From contig NIVC01000798.1 in the NCBI GenBank assembly GCA_002269645.1, positions 92,191 to 156,190 of the forward strand: a stretch of 64,000 bases of DNA, read 5' to 3'. Below the pieces are notes generated by a model, which did no database searches, was not told where the DNA came from, and worked only from the letters and a program-made list of their open reading frames with translations. Made by a program: the position numbers and the translations under genes. This DNA comes from Macrostomum lignano. Taxonomy: Eukaryota. Below are positions 12,332-23,318 of this stretch, in pieces; the first letter of the stretch is position 1, and each line of letters opens with the position of its first letter.

Positions 12332-12640
12332 CGGGGTTGTAGTCTAGTGGTTAGAGCGTCGGACACACGACTGAAAGGTCGGGAGTTCGATTCTCGACCC
12401 AATCGAAACAATTTGTGACTTTGAGCAAGACACTTAACTCTGCATTTCTTCAGTTCACCCAGCTGTAAAATGGGTGCCAGCATTAGCTGGGGTAATTGAG
12501 GCTGTCTGTGGTGACCCTCCCAGTCCTTGGACTGAACAGCCGTACGCAGTCTTCAGATGCGCCACGCAATAGCTGCGGCTGATCTGTCGGTTGCACATCT
12601 GGCCCAATAGGGGCAGGTGTAATCAATTACTATTATTATT
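12332..12640 (+). mobile_element. tRNA-derived SINE, family 1 (CORE-like), full length
   Basis: tRNA-like head with A box (TAGTCTAGTGG) and B box (GTTCGATTC); central TGTGACTTTGAGCAAGACACTTAAC...CAGCTGTAAAATGGG resembling the MIR/CORE domain; 3' stem-loop; (TAT)n tail; near-identical copy at 48482-48793. Confidence 0.85.
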
Positions 12641-14019
12641 CGATTGGCGTCTAGCTAATTTTGGGCATCACAATGTCTGTCAAGCGTGATTTGGAAAGTT
12701 TCAGTTTAATTTTCGAAGAGTTAGTACTCCCCAGTGTAGACAAGGTGGCGCCCAAATCTATGATGGGTATTTTTATCAATGATTATTTTCGCCTATCAAG
12801 TTCGCTTGCACCTGTGTATTTATACATGTGCTCAGTCGCCCGCCGGTCTACTAATAATTGATGCCAGCAATATATTAATCATATAGCTTATCTCTACGCC
12901 GGCATCTAATCGCCAAGTCGCGTCTGCCTCTCGCCAATTTTACCTGCGTGGCGGTTTTTTTCTCAGAGAGGAAAAAATTCTTAGTAGTTAATTAGAGCTG
13001 CTGGATTGTTAGGAGAGTGTGGGAGTAGTGAGTTTCCTTTGCTCATAATGCCCCTTCGCTTTATGTAATTTACAAGATGCCGCTTCTGCAGGATCCGCTT
13101 TCCAGAAAATTTCAATCGGATATCGCGAGCTCACTTGAGCTGCTCCGCCCCGCTCACTTTCTGTGTACCAGTCTCCTCTCTGAGCAGAGAATGCTAGAAG
13201 GACTTAGGAATTGCACCTTAAGTGGCTGCTGCAGCTTTTAACTCTACTCTACTGTGACTTCTTGTAGCAAAAATGTCTGCTTTAAGTGGCACTTCCTGAC
13301 TTTCGCCAGCTTGTTTCATTTTTGCACTGCTTCTGTCCTCTTCTGGGCCAAGCTAAGGTAAGGTAAAAGAGAGAAAAAAAACGGTGTCAGCTTGTACGTA
13401 AAGTCTGTCCGCTCACACCTCTGTCAGCTCATTCCTGCCATTTTCACCTTGCTCACCCCGTCAGTCTAACGGCGGACAATTGCATTGCCTTAGTAGGGGT
13501 TGAAGACCGTTCCAGATCATCCATCCTACCATTGAGAGGAGCTTGGGGGGAGACAAACGCCAAATCGCATTACTTTGATTAGTATGGGACATCTATTCAA
13601 TCCCTGCAGTCGCTGCTGCGTATATATGCATACATTTTAGGCTCCCATGTGCCGAAAACCTAACAGCAACTCTTTTCGAACCCATGAAGCGAGATTAATC
13701 GCTTACGTAAAAGGGGGGGCAATAGCCGGTTTTGCCAGACTGAATATCCGCACTCAAAGATGCTGAGATGCTCAAGCATATTAGAAAATTTGCAGGAAGT
13801 TTCTTTTCAACTGCCTTCAGGCGGTGTTTTTCAAAACTGTTTTTATAATGTTTTTCACGGTTCTTTGATAGGGGTTGCGTGCGCAATGATGACGGCATCG
13901 TTGGATGAAGAGCGGCGGAGACTGGGGGGGGGCAAAGTGAGATTGAGAAGCAGGCTGTTTTGAGAAGCAGGCTCAGCTCAGTTTTGTGTTGAAGAGTCTG
14001 TGTCTATGCCTCTAGTAAG

Positions 14020-15104
14020 CCAATATTAATATGTTAATGAGCCAGTGTGGCGCCAAAATTAATGAGAGAGTGTGGCGCCAATATTAATGAGCCAGTGTGG
14101 CGCCAAAATTAATGAGAGAGTGTGGCGCCAATATTAATGAGCCAGTGTGGCGCCAAAATTACTGAGCCAGTGTGGCGCCAAAATTAATGAGCCAGTGTGG
14201 CGCCAATATTAATGAGGGAGTGTGGCGCCAATATTAATGAGCCAGTGTAGCGCCAAAATTAATGAGAGAGTGTGGCGCAAATATTAATGAGCCAGTGTGG
14301 CGCCAATAATAATGAGCCAGTGTGGCGCCAATATTAATACGCCAGTGTGGCGCCAATATTACTGAGCCAGTGTGGCGCCAAAATTAATGAGAGAGTGTGG
14401 CGCCAATATTAATAAGCCAGTATGGCGCCAATATTAATGAGGGGCGCCAATATTAATGAGCCAGTATGGGGCCAATATTATTGAGCCAGTGTGGCGCCAA
14501 TATTACTGAGCCAGTGTGGCGCCAATATTAATGAGGGGCACCAATATTACTGAGCCGGTGTAGCGCCAATATTAATGAGCCAGTGTGGCGCCAATATTAA
14601 TGAGTCAGTGTGGCACCAATATTAATGTTTGGCGCCAATATTAATGAGCCAGTGTGGCGCCAATAATAATGAGTGGCGCCAATATTAATGAGCTAGTGTG
14701 ACGCCAATATCAATGAGCCAGTGTGGCGCCAATATTAATGAGGGGCGCCAATATTAATGAGCCAGTATGGGGCCAATATTAATGAGTGGCGTCAATATTA
14801 ATAAGTGGCGCCAACATTAATGAGCCAGTATGGCGCCAATATTAATGAGCCAATGTGACGCCAATATCAATGAGCTAGTGTGACGCCAATATCAATGAGC
14901 CAGTGTGGCGCCAATATTAATGAGCCAGTATGGCGCCAATATTAATGAGCCAATGTGGCGCCAATATTAATGAGCTAGTGTGACGCCAATATCAATGAGC
15001 CAGTATGGGGCCAATATTAATGAGTGGCGTCAATATTAATAAGTGGCGCCAACATTAATGAGCCAGTATGGCGCCAATATTAATGAGCCAATGTGGCGCC
15101 AACC
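14020..15104. repeat. 25-bp minisatellite (GAGCCAGTGTGGCGCCAATATTAAT)n
   Basis: Visible tandem unit with truncated variants toward the right end. Confidence 0.95.
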
Positions 15105-15777
15105 ATCATTAGTGTGAGTCATTGGTGCCAAACACGCGGATGGTAAAGCAAATTTAATTGCCGCTAATTTATGCTACTAACAATAGCGAGAAGCACAAAT
15201 TAATTCCATAAACAGTGGAAGTCAAGAACAAAAATTTGAATCGAAAATGGAATTATTTGAAAAATATTAAATTAACGGTTATGTCAGACCTACAGATGCT
15301 TTGTCGAACAATATAAAAATTCAGTACTTTAAGCTTTAGGACAGGACCTCACCTGATGCTGTGGAAAGCGAAGGCCTACTTAAAACTACTTCCTCATTGA
15401 GTCCATGCTGAAAAAACCCGTCAACACTTTGGCTATTATTAATAATTCAACACCCTGACACAGTGCGGATGGCGCCAGGCCTGTTGAAGAAAAACTCAAC
15501 TGCCCTCTCTTGGCTGGGAAGTGCTCTGGAAGAAAAAGGTGGCTTATGAAGAGGTGTGACAGAAAGAATACCTAGTTGAATAGGTGAAAAAAGTACGACC
15601 ATGAATGACAGGTCTCCCGAGTGCAGCCGAAGCTGTCTAAATCATTTTGTTTGTGTTTTCACTGCCTCGCCCAGTGGCTGCCAGTGAAAGTTCTGCTTTC
15701 CATGCCAACCTTACGCTCACATTCTGCAGGTTGCTGGCTCTGTAAATTCAGACCAAGCCCTACAAATTAGAACTTAC

Positions 15778-15841
15778 CAGCTAGAATGACTTGAAGAATT
15801 ACCCGTAAAAATACACTTGCGTACCTCTGTGGTTTACTCAT
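15778..15841 (-). CDS. Alternative first coding exon C: short signal peptide (exon probably starts at 15870)
   Basis: Strong acceptor ttttttccctcttttttcctag|G at 15870, 29-nt UTR containing an in-frame TAA, ATG at 15841, MSKPQRYASVFLRVILQVILA (21 codons + 1 nt), consensus donor CTG|GTAAGT in phase 1. Confidence 0.65.
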
Positions 15842-15936
15842 AGTAGAATATTTTGAATTTTATGCAATTCCTAGGAAAAAAGAGGGAAAAAACTACTGAA
15901 ATAAATATATGTTAAAACAAAGGTGAGAAGGACAAG

Positions 15937-16222
15937 ATACTGAGGGTGAGATAAAAATAGATAGAATGTGAGATACTGAGAATGAGATATAAATGGATAA
16001 ATTTTGAGATACTGAGTGTGAAATACTGAGAGTGAGATACTGAGTGTGAAATACTGAGAGTGAGATACTGAGTGTGAGATACTGAGAGTGAGATACTGAG
16101 AGTGAGATACTGAGTGTGAGATACTGAGAGTGAGATACCGAGTGTGAGATACTGAGAGTGAGATATACTGAGTGTGAGATACCGAGTGTGAGATACTGAG
16201 AGTGAGATACTAACAGTGAGAC
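15937..16222. repeat. 14-bp minisatellite (GAGTGTGAGATACT)n
   Basis: Visible tandem unit. Confidence 0.9.
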
Positions 16223-16371
16223 ACAGAGCGAGATAAGAAATACGATGAGGCTCCGTAAGCGGCCGGTGCACAAAGTATGCTTAAGGCAAGAAAGTACCAA
16301 ATACAGCGCCTTAGCCAGTTCAAGTGTTAATGTTCCACAATATATCAATATATCTGAGGTACAGAAGTGCA

Positions 16372-16536
16372 ATGAGTAAAAAACTCTTCATCGTAATTGT
16401 AATAACATTTTTTTTCTATTCGGCAACATCCGTCTCCGCCCAGTCCTACAAGTGGCTTAAGGAGGCTGGAATCGCCCACAGCCCGGCTGCCATCGAGCTG
16501 AGACGGCCTTTTAAATTATTCAGAGCCCACAAATAG
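16372..16536 (+). CDS. Small secreted-peptide-like ORF (54 aa), antisense within the receptor intron
   Basis: MSKKLFIVIVITFFFYSATSVSA-QSYKWLKEAGIAHSPAAIELRRPFKLFRAHK*: basic n-region, hydrophobic h-region, V-S-A|Q cleavage motif. C-terminal part of track ORF 16324..16536; a further in-frame ATG at 16330. No homology recognised. Confidence 0.4.
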   Translation: MSKKLFIVIVITFFFYSATSVSAQSYKWLKEAGIAHSPAAIELRRPFKLFRAHK

Positions 16537-16759
16537 CAGGAAACAAAAAAGAAAGGACAACGGACCCCGTTGCCAGGTGCAAAAGTGCAAGCGCCATCTT
16601 AAGTCTCTCATAAGGAACTCCTCCATGCATAGAATGAAAACAAAAAACTTAACGGACTGCTCATTTAAACTTCAGACTTTCAACTTGCTGAATGGAAGTA
16701 AAGTGCACAAGACATCGTATGCAGCTAGTTGTGGGTTGCAGCGTGTGGAGACAGACAGA

Positions 16760-17050
16760 GAGACAGACACTAAGACAGACACTAAGACAGACACTAAGGC
16801 AGACACTAAGGCAGACACTAAGACAGATACTAAGACAGACACTAAGACAGACACTAAGATAGACACTAAGACAGACACTAAGATAGACACTAAGACAGAC
16901 ACTAAGACAGACACTAAGACAGACACTAAGACAGACACTAAGACAGACACTAAGACAGACACTAAGATAGGCACTAAGACAGACACTAAGACAGACACTA
17001 AGACAGATACTAAGATAGGCAGTAAGACAGACACTAAGACAGACACTAAC
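16760..17050. repeat. 12-bp minisatellite (GACAGACACTAA)n
   Basis: Visible tandem unit; explains the TDTK/LVSV ORFs. Confidence 0.95.
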
Positions 17051-17370
17051 ACAGAGAACAGACAGGCGACAGTTAATTGAAGCAAAGTCGAAAAGAGATA
17101 ATAGAAGAAAGTAGTGAAAACTGGCTACATAGTCAAGTCAGTAGTAAAGTCAGTAGTAAACATGCATTATAGCAATAGCATTTGCATAACTGACGCGGGG
17201 CCATCAGTTAAGCGAGCACGCAGTTGACTAAGACGCTATAAATAAGTATAGCGAATGCTTTGGATCATAAAATCCGGTAAAAGAGATTATGAGTAAAACC
17301 TTCGCATTCACTGCATTCACGCAGTACTCTGAATATACTATCAAGTATGTACCTATATTTAGTGAAGCAT

Positions 17371-17988
17371 TCACACAGCCAATAATTCACACAGCCAATA
17401 ATTCCCACAGCCAATTATTCACACAGCCAATAATTCACACAGCCAATAATTCACACAGCCAATTATTCACACAGCCAATAATTAACACAGTCAATAATTC
17501 ACACAGCCAATAATCACACAGCTAATAATTCACACAGCCAATAATTCACACAGCCAATAATTCACACAGCCAATAATTCACACAGTCAAGCATTCACACG
17601 GTAAATCATTCACACAGTCAAGCATTTACCTAGTAAAGCTTTCACCTAGTAAAGCATTCACACGGTAAAGCATTCACACAGAAAAGCATTTACCTAATAA
17701 AGCATTCACACAGTAAAGCATTTACACAGTCAAGCATTCACACAGTCAAGCATTTACACAGTCAAGCATTCACACAGTCAAGCATTCACACAGTCAAGCA
17801 TTCACACAGTCAAGCATTCACAGAGTAAAGCATTCACACGGTAAAGCATTCACACAGAAAAGCATTTACCTAATAAAGCATTCACACAGTAAAGCATTCA
17901 CACAGTAAAGCATTCACACAGAAAAGTATTCACACAGTCAAGCATTCACACAGTAAAACATTCACACAGTAAAGCATTCACACAGTGA
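17371..17988. repeat. Two-phase 16-bp minisatellite: (CACACAGCCAATAATT)n then (CACACAGTAAAGCATT)n
   Basis: Unit type switches near 17585. Confidence 0.9.
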
Positions 17989-18510
17989 AAAACGGTGAGT
18001 AGGCGAAAAAGACATTAGTAGCTCGTATACTGTATGCATAAAAACCGATGATTGGTTGAATTGCCTTCATTTTCTATATTATCCAGAACTTCAAGTGGCA
18101 ACCAAGAGCGGCACAAAGACTCAGTGCACAATAGGCAGGGCAAATACAAAGCCGTCCCGACAGTAAAGTGGCCTCTAAGTGGCACCTTATCGTATTAAAG
18201 TCTCAACTATAGGCGATCGTCAAGTAGGAGGATAAACAACAGTAAAAATTAAAGATAAACTGACTACTTATAATTCTCAACTGCTGAGAACTCGTCTTAT
18301 TAATGAGTCTCTTGCGAGTGACTCAGCCTATGCTCAAGTCCTACGAGCTCCTTTTAGACACGTGTCTCTTGTTCACTACCAAAGCTGGATATATAACTAT
18401 TTTTTATGAAGCAGTCATTGTCTTGTATTAGCGAACAATGAAAAGAGTGGAATAAATATATTTTAAAGTCGACTGGCTGAATGACGAATATCAAGTTACA
18501 GTATTGTGGC

Positions 18511-19090
18511 AGTGAGACTGTGAGTAGATGCAGGGTGAGACAGAGAGAGGTAGATACAGTGAGACTGTGAGTAGATGTAGGGTGAGACAGAGAGAGGTAG
18601 ATACAGTGAGACTGTGAGTAGATGCAGGGTGAGACAGAGAGAGGTAGATACAGTGAGACTGTGAGTATATGTAGGGTGAGACAGAGAGAGGTAGATACAG
18701 TGAGACTGTGAGTAGATGCAGGGTGAGACAGAGAGAGGTAGATACAGTGAGACTGTGAGTAGATGCAGGGTGAGACAGAGAGAGGTAGATACAGTGAGAC
18801 TGTGAGTAGATGTAGGGTGAGACAGAGAGAGGTAGATACAGTGAGACTGTGAGTAGATGCAGGGTGAGACAGAGAGGGGTAGATACAGTGAGACTGTGAG
18901 TAGATGCAGGGTGAGACAGAGAGGGGTAGATACAGTGAGACTGTGAGTAGATGCAGGGTGAGACAGAGAGAGGTAGACACAGTGAGACTGTGAGACTGTG
19001 AGTAGATGCAGGGTGAGACAGAGAGAGGTAGACACAGTGAGACTGTGAGTAGATGCAGGGTGAGACAGAGAGGGGTATATATAGTGAGAA
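18511..19090. repeat. 47-bp minisatellite, about 12 copies
   Basis: TAGATACAGT recurs at 18551 and 18598 (period 47). Confidence 0.95.
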
Positions 19091-20300
19091 TGAGTAGACG
19101 TTACAGATAAAGTTGAAAAGTGACCCTAGAGATATCGAACTCAACATATTGCTATACTCGCAGACCCCATAAAATCTAGTGAATCGTTGCTATTCACTTT
19201 TTACATACTATCGCACCGCTGTTTCACTCAGGCGGCGGTGCTACACCTGGTGGTGGGTTGGTGGGCTCGCAACAATAGCCGGAGCAGCTGGGATTTTAGT
19301 CAGACCCCAGGAAAAGTATTGCGTAATACAATACGCTCGTATATTCATTAATATTAGCAAAATACGACTATATTTCCATAATAATAATAATAATGACAAT
19401 ATTTCTACAGCAGGAATAGCCTTGTACCAAAATTTAAGTATTGTTTTATAAAGAATAATATGAGCGCGCAACCCGAAGACAGGCACACAGTGAGGAATTC
19501 TGACCATCTGGTGGACACACAGGGAAAGAGATTAAAGAGTGATTTATTGCGGCGCACCTATGAAGGTGAAGGTGAAACGTTATTAACTTTCTCTCTATAT
19601 ACGTGTGTGTGTACACACCTAGTAGGTATGCGCCAGGGTGGCGCTGAGAAAGAGCCAACTTCATCATCAACTAGTTCTACCATATATTACCACTGAAGCT
19701 CCTGACCGGATGCTAGACACTGGATGGCGCACAATAGCGATCCCAACACGTTAAATGTAAGAGAGCTGCATATCTGAGCATTGGCTATAGCATTAATAAT
19801 TTGGGCAACAGGGTTCGGGTGCAATAGAGAACGGCGTGCGACACAATGAAGACGCTTGAGCTCAGCCCGCACTATTGCACGATTTAACCAAACTGCTGAG
19901 AGGAAAGTGAAGCAAAGGACAGGCAATTGAAAGTTGCGGGCGCCTGCCTGATATCGCCTTAGCGATAGGAAATGAGACACTTTTTTGCCCTGGAAAAAAG
20001 CGGGAGGGGCCCACCATAAGCGCAGTTTCCTGCTCTGCATACACGCGCACTGGCACTCACAGTTTACCTTTTTCACCTTGGCAGATTCTCCTAAGCCTAC
20101 TGAGCTCGCCTGCCTTCACCTACAGCCTCGCTATCCGCTATTGCCTTGGATGAAAAAATTGTCCCAGCTGGGCGGGCTGAGCTGAGTGCGGGGCCTGGCA
20201 ACACCTGCAGCATCCCCTCTCCATCGTTTGCTGCTTAGCACCTGTCAGCACATGATGGGTGGGGCATATAGCTAACAGCATTAAATATCGATCTGACACG

Positions 20301-21677
20301 ATCTGGGAAGCTAGCCCAGCAACTGAGGATCTGGGAGGCTGGCCCAGATACTGAGGATCTGGGAGGCTGGCCCAGCAACTGACACTCTGGGAGGCTGGCC
20401 CAGCAACTGACACTCTGGGAGGCTGGCCCAGCAACTGACACTCTGGGAGGCTGGCCCAGCAACTGACACTCTGTGAGGCTGGCCCAGCAACTGACATTCT
20501 GGGAGGCTGGCCCAGCAACTGACACTCTGGGAGGCTGGCCCAGCAACTGACACTCTGGGAGGCTGGCCCAGCAACTGACACTCTGGGAGGCTGGCCCAGC
20601 AACTGACACTCTGGGAGGCTGGCCCAGAAACTGAGGATCTGGGAGGCTGGCCCAGAAACTGAGGATCTGGGAGGCTGGCCCAGTAACTGAGGGACTGGGA
20701 GGCTGGCCCAGTAACTGAGGATCTGGGAAGCTGGCCCAGAAACTGACACTCTGGGAGGCTGGCCCAGCAACTGACACTCTGGGAGGCTGGCCCAGCAACT
20801 GACACCCTGGGAGGCTGGCCCAGAAACTCAGGATCTGGGAGGCTGGCCCAGCAACTGACACTCTGGGAGGCTGGCCCAGTAACTGAGGGTCTGGGAGGCT
20901 GGCCCAACAACTGAGGATCTGGGAGGCTGGCCCAGCAACTGAGGATCTGGGAGGCTGGCCCAGCAACTGAGGATCTGGGAGGCTGGCCCAGCAACTGAGG
21001 ATCTGGGAGGCTGGCCCAGATACTGAGGATCTGGGAGGCTGGCCCAGCAACTGACACTCTGGGAGGCTGGCCCAGCAACTGACACTCTGGGAGGCTGGCC
21101 CAGCAACTGACACTCTGGGAGGCTGGCCCAGCAACTGACACTCTGTGAGGCTGGCCCAGCAACTGACATTCTGGGAGGCTGGCCCAGCAACTGACACTCT
21201 GGGAGGCTGGCCCAGCAACTGACACTCTGGGAGGCTGGCCCAGCAACTGACACTCTGTGAGGCTGGCCCAGCAACTGACACTCTGGGAGGCTGGCCCAGA
21301 AACTGAGGATCTGGGAGGCTGGCCCAGAAACTGAGGATCTGGGAGGCTGGCCCAGTAACTGAGGGACTGGGAGGCTGGCCCAGTAACTGAGGATCTGGGA
21401 AGCTGGCCCAGAAACTGACACTCTGGGAGGCTGGCCCAGCAACTGACACTCTGGGAGGCTGGCCCAGCAACTGACACCCTGGGAGGCTGGCCCAGAAACT
21501 CAGGATCTGGGAGGCTGGCCCAGCAACTGACACTCTGGGAGGCTGGCCCAGTAACTGAGGGTCTGGGAGGCTGGCCCAACAACTGAGGATCTGGGAGGCT
21601 GGCCCAGCAACTGAGGATCTGGGAGGCTGGCCCAGCAACTGAGGATCTGGGAGGCTGGCCCAGCAACTGGGAGGCTG
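20301..21677. repeat. 28-bp minisatellite (CTGGGAGGCTGGCCCAGCAACTGACACT)n, array 1, with 672-bp block duplication
   Basis: Visible unit; diagnostic variants recur at 20341/21013 and 20901/21573. Confidence 0.95.
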
Positions 21678-22786
21678 GCGGTTCAGAGAAGCTTGGAGTA
21701 AACAATCATGAAAGTGCACAAGCCGAACCTAGTGGCAGATGCAGCAAATTTACCGCAAACAATCTCAAATATTTCCCATAGGCCCAGCAGCCAGTGAAGT
21801 AAGTTCACACACATGCATACAAAAATCAGATTTCCGATTCTCAGTAAAGAAAAAGTATATGAATATTCTTCTTGAACAGCGCGCGGACGCGGCAATCTGA
21901 CAGACGGACCAGACTTGGACTAGATCGCAAGACAGTAAATTGAAATTACTCGCATCATATCTGCCGCGGCGGCAGGCAGGGCCCATCGCCTCAGGAACTC
22001 GGACAGTGATGGGCAGAAAATAAGACAGAAGCTGGCTGTGCAGCTGAGGCAAGCAGAAGGAGGGACAGCAGAGGAGAGATAGAGAGATACGGGCCACTTT
22101 TTTACATATTCATACCTCCAGCGAAAGTTCGATCCCCAAAGGGGAGAAATGCGCCAAGTCAGGCAGATCGAGAGTCCGGCAGAGAGAAGAGTTGGGAAGC
22201 GACAGCAATGGAGAATCGATGGGGCCTTTGCAGCCTCAGCGTACGGGTAAGGGGGGCCCCAGAAGCCCTGTTCCACAAGGCTGCCATGAAAATGTATACA
22301 TAAAATCCAGCCACTTGCCAGCTGGGACACAACAGAACTCCCGCATACACCGCATACAGGACAAGTTAGCAGGCGGGAGATGCCGGCTCAAGCTAACTAG
22401 TACCGGTGCACTACTCTGCTCAAGAAAACAACCGAAAGGTCGTCGAAAGTATTCAATTTAAAAAATAGAGTTTTATCCCGCGGTTAAGGACCAAGAAGAT
22501 GGAATTGTAGCCAACAATCCGGTCATAGTCTTGCGTGTGGGGTGGAAATTCTCCCAACCTCTGCTCCTCTCCTTTTCTCTTGCTTTTTTTACCCAATTTT
22601 ATGACCGCGGCCTTCGCGATCTGGCAGACGAAAGGCCAAAGGAGTGTCACAGCTCTCTAGTCACGAAATTGAGAAACCGAAATTCCTTTTCTTCAAACTA
22701 ACTTCGCTTTATACTTAGACTAAGGTTTATCCTCGTACGGTTAAAGGCTTTTAAGTGGCATTGGTTTTTAAAACTAAAATATCTAA

Positions 22787-23318
22787 TCTGAGGGTCTGGG
22801 AGGTCGGTAGCACAACTAAGGATCTGGAAGGCTGGCAGCACAGCAACTGACACTCTGGGAGGCTGGCCCAGCAACTGAGGATCTGGGAGGATGGCCCAGC
22901 AACTGAGAATCTGGGAGGATGACAGCACAGCAACTGACACTCTGGGAGGCTGGCCCAGCAACTGAGGATCTGAGAGGCTGGCCCAGCAACTGAGGATCTG
23001 GGAAGCTAGCCCAGCAACTGAGGATCTGGGAGGCTGGCCCAGCAACTGACACTCTGGGAGGCTGGCCCAGCAACTGACACTCTGTGAGGCTGGCCCAGCA
23101 ACTGACACTCTGTGAGGCTGGCCCAGCAACTGACACTCTGGGAGGCTGGCCCAGCAACTGACACTCTGTGAGGCTGGCCCAGCAACTGACACTCTGTGAG
23201 GCTGGCCCAGCAACTGACACTCTGGGAGGCTGGCCCAGCAACTGACACTCTGGGAGGCTTGTCCACCAACTGACACCCTGGGAGGCTGGCAGCACAGCAA
23301 CTGGGGATCAGGAAGGCT
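22787..23318. repeat. 28-bp minisatellite, array 2 (same family as 20301-21677)
   Basis: Same unit and orientation; shares the GAAGCTAG variant. Confidence 0.95.

Noticed and set aside
12332-12405. Functional tRNA genes at 12.3, 48.4, 48.7 and 45.9 kb
   Set aside because: Anticodon-equivalent loop differs between copies, acceptor stems are poor, and heads run into shared SINE bodies.
13695-13898. ATG ORF ending at TAC|GTAAGC
   Set aside because: Phase-0 donor is incompatible with the Ig exon and the N-terminus is not signal-like.
20301-21677. CRISPR-like appearance (28-bp hairpin-containing repeats)
   Set aside because: Repeats are contiguous with no unique spacers, no cas genes, eukaryotic context.
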